From Promethearchaeota archaeon (GTDB lineage Archaea; Asgardarchaeota; Lokiarchaeia; Sigyniarchaeales; SOKP01): a stretch of 64,000 bases of DNA. Positions 1-10,939 of this stretch are shown here, piece by piece. A model generated the notes under the pieces. The model saw only the letters and a program-made list of their open reading frames with translations, was not told where the DNA came from and did no database searches. Where the stretch lies: NCBI GenBank assembly GCA_019057795.1, contig JAHLWS010000026.1, positions 32,001 to 96,000 on the forward strand. Reading direction: 5' to 3'. The position numbers were made by a program, and so were the translations under genes. How positions within the stretch are numbered: position 1 is the first letter of the stretch; each line of letters opens with the position of its first letter.

Positions 1-1059
1 CTTTTTTGGTATTATGGTGACATCAGAATTCTTGAAGAACATTATGAGGGAATGAAAAAATATGTTGAATATTTAACATCTATAGCAAAAGAAAGCCTAA
101 TCTATTTTGGAAAATATGGAGATTGGTGTCCTCCAAGCAATATTGTGTCAAGAAAAACCCCTATTGAGTTAACCTCTTCTTGGTATTATTATCACGATGT
201 TCATTTTTTAGCTAAGATTGCTCATGTCATTGGAAAACAAGAAGATCATGAATATCTTTTAAACAAAGCTAAAGAAATCAAAGAGTCTTTTAATACTAAA
301 TTTCTAACGGGAGTTTATGATGTTGTAAAACATTCTCCAACTGATAGAACAATTAGCCAGACGTCAAATATTCTACCACTTTATTTAGATATGGTTCCAC
401 AGGGAAAAAAGAAAAAAGTTCTCTCCACTTTAGTAAATACTATTAAAGAAGATTATAGTTATCACTTTGATACTGGCATTATAGGAACGAGATATATCTT
501 TGATGTATTAAGCGAAAATGGGTATCCTGATGTGATATATAAAATGGTCAATCAGAAAAGCTTTCCTGGATATGGATATATGATTCAAGAGGGAGCAACA
601 ACCTTATGGGAACGATGGGAAAAATTGGAGGCGGGTGGTATGAATTCGCATAACCATATAATGCTAGGAACCGTTGATACATGGTTTTATAATACATTAG
701 CAGGAATAAAATCATTAGAACCAAGTTGGAAATTATTGAAAATAAAACCATTTATTCCCACTACTATGAATTACGCTAGCGCAACCATTAAAACAATCAA
801 AGGGTTTATCTCTAGTTCATGGGAAAAGTTAGAATGTGATTTAAAACTTACCATAAAGATTCCCGTAGGATGCAATGCTGAGGTTTGGATACCGATCGAA
901 GACGAAAGCTGTGTTATCATGGAAGGAGATGTTGCAATATGGAGTAACAATGAAAACATCAAACAATCTGATGACATAGAATTTTCAAAAATAGATGATA
1001 ACCATGTTATTTTCAACATCGGTTCTGGATTTTATCAATTTATTATTCAACATAAATAA
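1..1059 (+). CDS. Alpha-L-rhamnosidase (GH78), C-terminal part; gene starts before the window
   Basis: Frame is open from base 1 (LFWYYGDIRILEEHYEGM...). Motifs YGDWCPP, TGIIGT, GATTLWERW and MNSHNHIMLG are typical of GH78. Next to rhamnulokinase. Confidence 0.9.
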   Translation, partial: LFWYYGDIRILEEHYEGMKKYVEYLTSIAKESLIYFGKYGDWCPPSNIVSRKTPIELTSSWYYYHDVHFLAKIAHVIGKQEDHEYLLNKAKEIKESFNTKFLTGVYDVVKHSPTDRTISQTSNILPLYLDMVPQGKKKKVLSTLVNTIKEDYSYHFDTGIIGTRYIFDVLSENGYPDVIYKMVNQKSFPGYGYMIQEGATTLWERWEKLEAGGMNSHNHIMLGTVDTWFYNTLAGIKSLEPSWKLLKIKPFIPTTMNYASATIKTIKGFISSSWEKLECDLKLTIKIPVGCNAEVWIPIEDESCVIMEGDVAIWSNNENIKQSDDIEFSKIDDNHVIFNIGSGFYQFIIQHK

Positions 1060-1118
1060 CCTTTTTTTATTTCGTTTCTACATCCGAAAAAGACGCAAAT
1101 ATCGATTATTATAGAAAT

Positions 1119-2621
1119 TTAAGGGTTTATTATTCTTAAGTAAGAGTCATAAGCCTTTTCCCACTTATTTGTATCTTTAGGAAGATATTCTTTTATTGGA
1201 AATGAAGATCTTACGATTTTTCGTAGTTCAGAAACATTGTCAATTTTATCAAGTGCTAGAGCTTGAACCAAAATATTACCTATAGCTGCTGCTTCAATTG
1301 GTCCCGCATTTACTGTAAGATTCAAAGCATTGGAAGTAAACTGATTTAATAACGAATTTTGACTTCCTCCACCTATAATATATAATATTTTGATTTCTTT
1401 TCGTATAATATCTTCTATGATATTTAATACATGCTTATAATTCAAAGCTAGACTTTCAAAAATAACTCGAGAAATCTCGCCAATAGTTTCTGGAAACTTA
1501 TTATATTGGTTTTTACAGTATTGCCGTATTGCTTTAATCATATTAGGAGGGTTAAGAAAAATTTTATCGTTTGGATTAATAAAAAATTGAAATGGTTCAG
1601 CGTCCATAGTTAGTTCTTCAATAATTTCCCAACTAAAGTTAAAATTTTCTTTATCCCATATCTTTTTACATTCTTGGATTAACCACAGCCCCGTAATATT
1701 TTTGAGAAATCTATAAGTGCCTCCAATACCTCCCTCGTTTGTAAAATTGTACTTTAAAGCTTTCTCACTAATTATTGGTTTTATTAATTCTACACCCAAC
1801 AAGCTCCAAGTTCCAGAGCTAAGATAAGCCCATTCTTCATTCTTATATTTATCCATATCAACGGGTACTGCAGCAACAGCCGAACCGGTATCATGACATA
1901 AAGGTGCTATAACTTTAATGTTCTCATCCAACCCAACTTCATCTGTTATGTAATCTTGAAGCGTTCCAAGAATAGTTCCGGGTTCAATCAATTTGCAAAA
2001 CCATTCAGGTTGAAGTCCTAACTTTTTAATCAAGCTATTAGCCCAATTTTTCTTTAAAGGGTTGTAAAGCTGGGTAGTGGTTGCAATTGAATATTCTGTT
2101 GACTTCACGCCAGATAGCAAGTAATTTAAATAATCTGGAATCATTAAGATCGATTTTACAATTGATAATTGAGATGAATTATTTAAAACCATCGAGAAAA
2201 GTTGAGTTGAAGTATTGAGTGACATAAATTGGATTCCTGTTTGAGAAAAAATCTCCTCCTTGGGGACCACTTTGGTCATTTCTTCCATAATTCCTTTGGT
2301 TCTTGCATCTCTATAGTGATGGGTAAGACCAATAATCTTATCTTTTTCATCCAATAGAACAAAATCAACACCCCATGAATCAATTCCGATTGAGTTAAGG
2401 TTATTTCCATACTTTTTTACAAATAAAGAGAGGGAAGTTTTTATTTCTTGGTAAAGGTTTAAAATGTTCCAATAAAATGAATCAAAGAGGCGAATACCTC
2501 CATTTGTAAACCTATATAAAGTTTCTAATTCAAGATTATTATTTTTAAGTTTTCCTATTATAGATCTTCCAGAACTTGCACCTAAATCAAACGCCAAAAC
2601 CGTTAAAACACTATTATCCAT
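1119..2621 (-). CDS. rhaB: Rhamnulokinase (FGGY kinase)
   Basis: AFDLGASSGR, IGIDSWGVDF, HDTGSAV, LSSGTWSLLG, FTNEGG, FLKNITGLW motifs. Confidence 0.9.
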   Translation of the reverse strand: MDNSVLTVLAFDLGASSGRSIIGKLKNNNLELETLYRFTNGGIRLFDSFYWNILNLYQEIKTSLSLFVKKYGNNLNSIGIDSWGVDFVLLDEKDKIIGLTHHYRDARTKGIMEEMTKVVPKEEIFSQTGIQFMSLNTSTQLFSMVLNNSSQLSIVKSILMIPDYLNYLLSGVKSTEYSIATTTQLYNPLKKNWANSLIKKLGLQPEWFCKLIEPGTILGTLQDYITDEVGLDENIKVIAPLCHDTGSAVAAVPVDMDKYKNEEWAYLSSGTWSLLGVELIKPIISEKALKYNFTNEGGIGGTYRFLKNITGLWLIQECKKIWDKENFNFSWEIIEELTMDAEPFQFFINPNDKIFLNPPNMIKAIRQYCKNQYNKFPETIGEISRVIFESLALNYKHVLNIIEDIIRKEIKILYIIGGGSQNSLLNQFTSNALNLTVNAGPIEAAAIGNILVQALALDKIDNVSELRKIVRSSFPIKEYLPKDTNKWEKAYDSYLRIINP

Positions 2622-2951
2622 AATTATAATAAGTTAAGTTGTTGAGTTTTTATGAATTATTCTTTTACTCATAATATTTCTATTTATAAAATGTTATTTA
2701 AATCTCTTTATGAAGATATTACCCGTTTTTAAATACTATCTTTTAATGGTTCAATATAAAATAGTTGATTCACTTTTAGCTTTTTTTTATATTTTCAATA
2801 ATTTCTTTATAAATAAGTAAAATATATCCTCTAAGTGATATGTTTGTTCGTGAAAGACTTGTTTCACGATCATAAATGTCGGAACCTCTCGCTTTTTTCT
2901 AGAAATCAGCACTCCCTCTTATCTTTATAGCGTTATTGTTTATTTTGATTT

Positions 2952-3701
2952 GTGCTTGGAACTCAAAAAGACGATAGTTTCGTTGAAAAAAAATTATCCG
3001 AAACGGCATATCGCACCCATAATTTTAACATTGTACCGCCCATCATCGGCATTATCGTCTCAGATCAATACGGAAATACCATAACCGTTTTTGAGTATGG
3101 TTCAAAAAGCGAGAATGGTTACGGTCTGATTAAGTCTTATCTATCAGAAGGAAATAAAAGTCTTCTGGAACTCGATCTAATTTCCATGTATTTGAGTTCA
3201 TTTAAAATATTTGCGGGACAAACCAACATAAAAAACTTGTCTCATCTTGAAATCTATGGTTCCAACATTAAAGTTCAAATATATTTTTTATTCGAATATA
3301 TGGTTATTGTTTTTTTAAATTCTCAAACTAATTTGACTTCAAAAGAAAGAACTCAAATTTTAAAATACTGCGAAGATAAATTAAGTAAATACAAATATGA
3401 ATTCGAGAATTTTAACGATGCGAGATCTAGAGATGTCCTTAGGATATTGGAAAATAAGGGTAAAAATTGGCTTAAAAAGTTTAACGTAAAGTACATACAA
3501 ACATATAAAAACATTTATTTAAGAAAACACGAAACTATTGAAAAATCGATGAGTGAAATAGGGCTGATAATTCAAAATGAGTTATACGCATACTTGGAAT
3601 ATGTACCTGACGAAATAATAAATAACATCACTAAGGAAATAAGGAACAAAATCCAAGACAAACTATTTGATTTTGATTTAAATGTGTCTGAAAAAAAATA
3701 A
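2952..3701 (+). CDS. Hypothetical protein, possible roadblock/longin/profilin-like fold plus helical tail
   Basis: IGIIVSDQYGNTI beta-hairpin start followed by helix and beta strands. The GTG start is uncertain. Confidence 0.5.
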   Translation: MLGTQKDDSFVEKKLSETAYRTHNFNIVPPIIGIIVSDQYGNTITVFEYGSKSENGYGLIKSYLSEGNKSLLELDLISMYLSSFKIFAGQTNIKNLSHLEIYGSNIKVQIYFLFEYMVIVFLNSQTNLTSKERTQILKYCEDKLSKYKYEFENFNDARSRDVLRILENKGKNWLKKFNVKYIQTYKNIYLRKHETIEKSMSEIGLIIQNELYAYLEYVPDEIINNITKEIRNKIQDKLFDFDLNVSEKK

Positions 3702-3716
3702 AAAAAAAACCCTAGA

Positions 3717-4670
3717 TTATTTCAACGCATTTTGACAACTTACGAGTAATTGGAGTGAAATAAAAGTAAAGATATCTTCAAAATCATTAACATCTATATC
3801 GTGCTTATCGAAGTATGTTGCATCTAATTCTTTTGCAAGGTAGGGACCTCCTTCTGATGGTATTATAGGTGCATCTCCTAATCCTACAAGAATAATTGGC
3901 GTATTGATATACTTTTCTTTCAATTTTCTTATTTTGAATTTTAAATTCGTTTTTTTTTTAAATTCAGAATAATACTTTCTAACTAACTCTAGCGATTCCC
4001 GATTGCCCTTTTTATAGACTATTATTATAGCACTCGCACCTTTATAGTAATACTCTCTTAGAAATTCAAATCTTTTTACTCCTGAAATATTCCAAAACTG
4101 TAGGCTTGTAAGAGATTTATCATAGGATTCTATTGTTTTAGTATAGAAGTCAACTCCGATCGTTTTTCTCTCTCCTGAAACCTTAGGAGTGATAAGCATG
4201 GAAGGAAGTATACTTGATTGTTTATCGTTCAATCCGATTATAATTATTTTAAATAAATGGTCGATCTTTTTTCCATATTCTCCAAAGTGATTTAAAAATT
4301 TTTCATATCTTCTAATTTTTCTCCGTAATTCATACAGCTGGCTTCGACCAGTACTTGTGAGTTTAAATCCCAAAACACGTCTTATTAAGGCTTCAGCTTG
4401 CCCTCGACTAATAGACTTCTCATATATTTTAAAAATATCAGATGAGATTGTTGATATTAACCAGTTTAAACCAATATTTTGAACAGCGTTATGAATTAAA
4501 TCTTCTATTTTAATAGAATCAGCAAACAATCCATTTTTTTCAAGATTCGGATCATTAAATTCAATCTTTGCCGCAAATACTAATTCTTCTTTAGGATAAT
4601 TAATTTTTTTTAAGAATTTTATCAAATTTGTTTTTTGTACATCAGTTAGGCTTTCTACTTTCAAATTCAT
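3717..4670 (-). CDS. Two-domain protein with a degenerate Rab-like GTPase C-terminal domain
   Basis: FKIIIIG, TIGVDF, LQFWNISG, FEFLREYYYKGASAIIIVY, PIILVG. G1, G3 and G4 motifs are degenerate. Confidence 0.75.
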   Translation of the reverse strand: MNLKVESLTDVQKTNLIKFLKKINYPKEELVFAAKIEFNDPNLEKNGLFADSIKIEDLIHNAVQNIGLNWLISTISSDIFKIYEKSISRGQAEALIRRVLGFKLTSTGRSQLYELRRKIRRYEKFLNHFGEYGKKIDHLFKIIIIGLNDKQSSILPSMLITPKVSGERKTIGVDFYTKTIESYDKSLTSLQFWNISGVKRFEFLREYYYKGASAIIIVYKKGNRESLELVRKYYSEFKKKTNLKFKIRKLKEKYINTPIILVGLGDAPIIPSEGGPYLAKELDATYFDKHDIDVNDFEDIFTFISLQLLVSCQNALK

Positions 4671-4725
4671 CTTAACATCACCATTGAATTTTTACATTTA
4701 CATTTTTAATTTATAACACTGAAAG

Positions 4726-4782
4726 GTCCATTCTAAAAACAGATGTCCAAACTATTAATGGCCGTCCATACTAATAATGGAC
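4726..4782. promoter_or_regulatory. Three tandem 19-bp palindromic operator-like units (GTCCA-N9-TGGAC)
   Basis: gtccattctaaaaacagat / gtccaaactattaatggcc / gtccatactaataatggac, head-to-tail between divergent genes. Confidence 0.6.
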
Positions 4783-4898
4783 ATAATCATATTTAAACTT
4801 TTGTGTCAAAAATTTTTTCACATCAAAATAAGTTAAAAGGAAGTCTTTATATCATTTCAAGACATAACTTAAAGATAAGTAAAAATAAAGTATTTTGA

Positions 4899-5792
4899 AT
4901 GAGTAATATGGGACTAGGATCAATTAAGGTTAATGGTAAAAAATTTAATGTACGAAAAGAGCTCTATCATGTCAGATTAACTATAGATTATATGGATATA
5001 GAAGATATTACAGAGCTAAAGGGGCTTAATAAATTAAAAAATGTTACAGCTTTGGATCTTTCAAACAATAAAATCACAGAATTGAGAGGTCTGGAGGAAC
5101 TAACAAATCTTCAACAATTATTTCTTAGCAATAATCAGATCAAAGTAATTGAAGGTCTTGAATCTTTGACTAAACTTGATCGCATTTTTCTTAGTGGAAA
5201 TCAGATTTCTGAGCTGAAAGGACTCGATTCTTTAACCAACCTTCAATGGTTAGAGATAAACAATAATAAGATCTCTGAGATTAAGGAACTAGAATCATTA
5301 ACCAAACTTATACAATTAAATCTTAAATTTAACCAAATAAAAGAAATAAAAAATTTAGACGAACTATCTAATCTTGTAGTTCTGCAGCTTAATCGTAACC
5401 AAATAACAGAAATCAAGAACTTGGATAGTTTAACGAATCTAGATCGCTTGTTTCTTGGATACAATCAAATATCGGAAATCAAAGGACTGAATGCACTGAC
5501 TAAACTTACTGTTTTATATCTTAACAGTAACAAAATAACAGAGATCAAAAATTTGGAAACACTAATAAATTTGGAAACTTTATACCTTGATACAAATCAG
5601 TTAACTAGTTTAGAAAATCTAGAAAGCTTGGAAAAACTTGAAAAACTTTATGTTTTGTTTCTAAGTATGAATCCAATGGAAGGAGAAGAAAAACAATTTG
5701 CTAAAGATAATATTGAACGAGATCAAGTAAAAAAGTTGCTACAATCTTACAAGGAATGGAAGAAAAATAATGGAAAAAAAGTTAATCCTTGA
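4899..5792 (+). CDS. Leucine-rich repeat protein (SDS22/internalin-like 22-aa repeats)
   Basis: About ten LxxLxLxxNxIxxIxxLxxLxx repeats. Confidence 0.9.
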   Translation: MSNMGLGSIKVNGKKFNVRKELYHVRLTIDYMDIEDITELKGLNKLKNVTALDLSNNKITELRGLEELTNLQQLFLSNNQIKVIEGLESLTKLDRIFLSGNQISELKGLDSLTNLQWLEINNNKISEIKELESLTKLIQLNLKFNQIKEIKNLDELSNLVVLQLNRNQITEIKNLDSLTNLDRLFLGYNQISEIKGLNALTKLTVLYLNSNKITEIKNLETLINLETLYLDTNQLTSLENLESLEKLEKLYVLFLSMNPMEGEEKQFAKDNIERDQVKKLLQSYKEWKKNNGKKVNP

Positions 5793-7032
5793 AGTATTTC
5801 ATTAAAAACCATATTTCAAAAACCAAACCTACTAAACCTACAACAAAAGGGGCAATATAGTGTACGCTTTCTGCAAGAGACCCCCCAATCGCTCCAGTAG
5901 GCATCATCCCAATTCCTCTGATAAATGCTACAATTCCATAAGATTCAGCTTTTCTGTTATCATCTAAATTAGTTAAGGTCATTTGCTCTGAAGGAATAAA
6001 AGTAGTTACCGCAATTCCAAAAAAGATTTCTCCAATAATTAATCCAGGAAAGGCAAATCCTGTAATCCCTTGGGACCACAAAACCGAAATCAATATGTTC
6101 ATGGAAAAAAATACCATTCCAAAAAATTGGCTTATAATTAAACTTTTTTTTTTCCCAATCTTATCTGCAATTCTTCCAGCGGGAATCTGGGAAACCATAT
6201 TTGAGATGTGAAACCATACAGCTATAGAAGCAATTTCTGGGGCTGTGAAATGATAATAAGTTGTCAAACCAGCATTATATATAGATAAAGCTATACCCCA
6301 TACAAAGACATCTAAAGTAAAGAAAACAGTAGCTACCTTTATTTTAGAATTTTGAAAGAGTTTAACAGCTTTTTTCTGTTTTAGCTCTGCCGTTTTTATT
6401 AAATCTAATTCTCCGTGTTTCTTAATAGCATTTGGACTTCTAATAATTAAAACTAGAATAAACCACTCTATTATTAAAATGATTAAGAAAACTTGAAAAT
6501 AGAATTGAAAACTAAACCCTAAATCAAGCATAACTAAGGATGTACCACCAATACTTCCTCCAAAAAATGCGAAGAATACAAGGCCGTACATTATTCCCTT
6601 TTTATTTTCACCACTGTTTTCAGATACGAATAATTGAAAATTTAAACTGTTAACCATAGCGCCCAATGTATAAGTAAGAACCCCTATTATAAGAATTGGG
6701 ATATTATTCGTAACGACTAATATCATTAATCCAAAAGATTAAATAGGGGGGCCAAATAACCATATTTTCTTAAGACCATATTTATCTGATAATTTACCTA
6801 TAAAGGGCATTGGTAAAAATTGCATTATGCTTGAAATGGAAATTATAATCCCTGTGTAAAAGAGAGAGCCTGTAAATTCTAACATGAAAGGTTGGAGAAC
6901 AACATTAAAAGCACTAACTCCAAATCCATGTATGATATTCATAATGATCTGGGACCAAAGATTTCTCTTTTTTACTCGGTTTGATCTATCCGCTGTGGGA
7001 ATGCTTTCCGATAATTTTTTACTGCTTTTCAT
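5782..7032 (-). pseudogene. MFS transporter interrupted by an in-frame TAA (6739-6741)
   Basis: The two ORFs are in one frame (...GPPI*SFGLMILVV...). MFS motif A occurs in both halves (GKLSDKYGLK, GRIADKIGKK). Confidence 0.8.
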
Positions 7033-7175
7033 TGCATATTTAAATGGATTATGGCATAAATCGTTTGTCTTCGAAGAAATTTCACAAATTCATAAAAAAG
7101 ATGCAACTAAAAATAAAAAAATTAATATTAACAATTTGGTATACTTTTATTTATAACAGAAAAATTGACAATATA

Positions 7176-7556
7176 ATGTATCAAATTGAGAAAATAGGTG
7201 ACGATAGTTTTTACATAAAAGCAATTGGAACCTTTCCTTTACCTGTAGCAGAAAGATTTGTAATAGAATTTGAAGATTTAACTAAAGATATTCACGAAAA
7301 TTTAAATGTAATTATCGACATTACAGAAGCGATTCTTTTACGGATAGAGTCGATTGATATAATCTTAGATTTATTAAAACGAAACAATGAAAAACTTAAC
7401 AAATCTGCATTTATAATCTCGAAAAATCCACCATTAGGCGTAGAATTCAATTATCTTTTAGAGCATGCTGAATCTTCTAAAAGGAAAATCGTATCCAACC
7501 TTGAGGACGCCAAAGAATGGATTGGTATTGAAGATATAATTTTTAAAAAGGATTAA
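7176..7556 (+). CDS. STAS/SpoIIAA-like small protein
   Basis: Likely start MYQIEK at 7176; VIIDITEA...KSAFI...VSNLEDAKEWI pattern. Confidence 0.6.
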   Translation: MYQIEKIGDDSFYIKAIGTFPLPVAERFVIEFEDLTKDIHENLNVIIDITEAILLRIESIDIILDLLKRNNEKLNKSAFIISKNPPLGVEFNYLLEHAESSKRKIVSNLEDAKEWIGIEDIIFKKD

Positions 7557-7581
7557 TGTAAGATTATCTAATGACTTATTT

Positions 7582-8411
7582 TTATTTAGTTAAGTTTTCG
7601 CTTTCTTTTTGAAATGCTGAAATTAAAATAATCCCAATTACAATTAAAATAATTCCAATAACTTGAATCCCCTAATACTTCCATTTAAAGCTAAAACACT
7701 CATTAAAGATGCTAATATAATGCTAGTAGAAGTAAAACAAGGTACAACTTGATTGGCTTTTGCTTTAGTAAAGGCATATTGAGTTATAAGCAAAGTTGAT
7801 GGTGCAAAAATAAATGTAGCTAGTGTGAAATATAGTGTCATTTCGGGAATAGTTGTAATGCGCTTTGAAACAGTTTGCAACGCATTAGTGGTTCCTGCTG
7901 TAAGTGCAATAATTATTCCAACAAATTTATAATCATTTAATTTAGATATAAAAATTAAAATCGTCTCAATTACGAGAATAATTATAGAAAAACACAAGAA
8001 AAAAGGTAAGTTGAAATGACTCATGTCAAGTCTTCCAACATTTATGTTAAACAGTGTTACTAATACAGTTCCTACAATTATGAAAAAAACACCGCTAATT
8101 TCAATAGGGCTTATATGTTCTTTTAAGACATAATAAGAAAAAAGTAAAAGAATGATTAGCCCAACACCTTCTAATGGAGCTACGATATTAACTGGGGCAA
8201 AAAATAAAGCAGCCCATTGGATGAACATGTACAAACTTGTTAAAATAGTTCCAACGACCCATATTCCAGAATTTTTTTTCTTAATCGAGTTTTCTTCTTT
8301 AAAACCTTCAATCGCATACTTTTGAATTCCTTTCCCTATATCAAGACAGATATAAGCAATTAATCCAAAAATTAATCCAATGATAATATTTTCATTAGCC
8401 ATTTTAAACAC
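7582..8411 (-). pseudogene. DMT/NIPA-like membrane transporter with a frameshift near 7669-7672
   Basis: AALFFAPVNIVAPL motif. The last TM helix IQVIGIILIVIGIILISAF lies in a shifted frame that ends at TAA 7582-7584. Confidence 0.7.
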
Positions 8412-8447
8412 ATCTCTTTCAAAGGCAATTTAACACCTTCATAAATG

Positions 8448-9539
8448 CTAAAATTCAAAAGAATCCATGATGTTTTTTAACTCGTTTTTGACCTCAGGTT
8501 TTTTTAAAAGTTCTTCAATATTCTCAGGGGCTGAGTATACATCAAAATCTTTCAATTTTAAATTCTTGCGGACTTCTTGTTCAATCTTGTTTATTTCTTG
8601 TTTCATGGCAAAATATTTTATAATTTTGAATTTAAGTTTTGAGACTTTTCCAGACCATTCTTTTGCAAATTTTCCAGACGCAATTTCATCATAAGACCTT
8701 TGCATTTTCTCTTCCAAAGGCAGACCTATTTATCTAACTCCTCTTGACATTGCTCCATATTGAGAAGTATGAGAATGGAAATTTGTTTGCTTCACGAGAC
8801 CTATTTGAGCCATTTTTTGGTAAGTATATGCCATTTCATTACTCATGTACATTTCAATAAGAACTGCCTCAGGAGGAAGACCGTTTTTAATTAGGACTTT
8901 AATGCATGTTAAAAGAACTCTTCCAAATGCAGGACCAAACGCTTGTTCATTGAACAAATCTAATATAGCTTCTTGTTTCATTGATATTTCAACACCCCCT
9001 TTTTTCAGAGTTCCTAGTGCTTTTGCAAGTGCTAATAGAATTCGTTTAGCATTTCCTGTTACTTCTTGATGTACTCCAATAAAACTGTAAAAACCTTCTC
9101 CATTAAGGTAATTTTCCCTGACACCGACACATATCATGCGCGGAGCGATCATTATTACATCAATGTTATCTGGAGGATTTATGAGGTTGAAAGCAATGTT
9201 ATATCCGCTTGCAAAATTTATACAAGTTCCATCCTTAAGATTTGGCTCAATTTCTTTTTCAAACATTTCGGGCATGGTCTCGTCTGGAGTTAGTAGAAAG
9301 ACAATATCCGCGCGCTTTACAGCCTCAGAGATGTTGAATATCTTAAAACCATCCTTCAAGGCCTTTTCTTTGTAGGAATCTTCTTTATTACCAATTATCA
9401 CATCCAGACCACTATCTCTTAAGTTAAGTGCTTGAGCCCTTCCTTGATTTCCATACCCTATTATTGCAATTTTTTTATCTTTTATATTTTCTAGATGGGC
9501 ATTATTTTCGAAATATATGTTTGTTTCAGTCATTTTCAA
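8448..9539 (-). pseudogene. ilvC: Ketol-acid reductoisomerase interrupted by an in-frame TAA (8730-8732)
   Basis: IIGYGNQGRAQALNLRDSG, DLFNEQ, HSHTSQYG. The frame continues after the stop: SRGVR*IGLPLEEKMQRSYDEIASGKFAKEW. Confidence 0.85.
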
Positions 9540-9645
9540 TTTCTCTATCTTTTTTTTGCATTATTATCAAATATTTTTTATAATTCTTCATTCATTTATA
9601 AAACTACGCGAAACTTATTTAAATAATAAAAGAAAAATCTTATTT

Positions 9646-10935
9646 ATGTTAAGAAAATTAAGATTAAGGTACAGAGTTCTTCTATTTTTTGTAATATAAT
9701 TGTTATCTTCAAATATTATTATGTTTTTTATATTTAATAACCTTGAATTGATTGATGTCCCTCATGATGCTGACCGAAAGTCTAATGGGAATACATTAAT
9801 AGTATCTGCTTCTTTTTCTGAAATGATAAATCACTTAAATAGAATTGATGATCAACAACCAGTAGAACCGAATAACCCCGCCCATAAAGTATACGAAGTT
9901 GATCCCAATGGAAATATAATCTGGGAATTAAGGGGATTGGCATATCCTCACGAGGTTTTAGAATTACCTAACGGGCATTTATTAATTGCCGACACGGGTT
10001 ATAATAGAGTAATAGAAGTGGATTATCCTAATAAGAGTATAATTTGGAGTTGGGAGCCCGCACAAATAAATTGGACTAAAGTTAATCCTGAATGGGGTTC
10101 AGATCATTATTATAATAATCCTTCAACTTATGATTGGTCCCATCTTAACGATGTGGATTTTAAACAATATAGTACTTGGAATGCGTGTTTGATTTCTATA
10201 AGAAATTTTGATTTGATAATAGAGGTAAATTACACCGCAGATTTTAACGACCCAAATAATCCAGATAATATAATTTGGTGGTATGGTGATTATGAAAACC
10301 ACACTCTCTTATTTAGACAACATAACCCCGATTATTTAGATAGTGGAAATATAATTATCTCTGATTCTGGAAACGATCGAATTATTGAAATTAATTATAC
10401 AACAAAAGAAGTAGTGTGGAAGTTAGACCAAGGATTAAATTGGCCGAGAGACGCTGACGAGTTGGATAATGGAAATATATTGATTACAGATAGTAGTAAT
10501 AGTAGAATTTTAGAGGTTAACAAAGACAGTAAAAAAATTGTGTGGAGTTTTGCTCAAGATTTAATTATTCCTTACGAAGCAGATTTAATAGATAATGGAA
10601 ATATCTTAATTAGTAGTGCTTATAACGGAATAATTTTAGAGGTAAATAGAAATGGAATTATTGTATGGAAGTATGGTTTTTCTATAGTAAAATCCCTAAT
10701 TTACCTTAATTTAATCATTTTAATTGCAATTTCTTCAATTGTTCTTTATTATAGGTACGAAAAAATTAAACATTATAAGAGAGCTTCTAAAAAAATTAAA
10801 AAATTAGATTATTCTATTCTCATAACCTTTTGTTCTTTCCTAATAATAGGGATTTTGATGTTAATCTTCTATAGCCAAATTTTAGCTGCAGTTGCAAGGT
10901 TTGCCTATTTATCGTTAGGAGCAGAATCCTTTTGA
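9646..10935 (+). CDS. Membrane-anchored arylsulfotransferase-like beta-propeller; in-frame TAA (9697-9699) inside the N-terminal hydrophobic anchor
   Basis: Repeats PHEVLELPNGHLLIAD, HLNDVD, QHNPDYLDSGNIIISD, WPRDADELDNGNILITD. Upstream in-frame MLRKLRLRYRVLLFFVI*LLSS. Confidence 0.75.
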
Positions 10936-10939
10936 ATTA

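Noticed and set aside
7044-7175. Long N-terminal extension of the STAS-like ORF
   Set aside because: It spans AT-rich promoter-like DNA between divergent genes; ATG 7176 gives a domain-sized protein.
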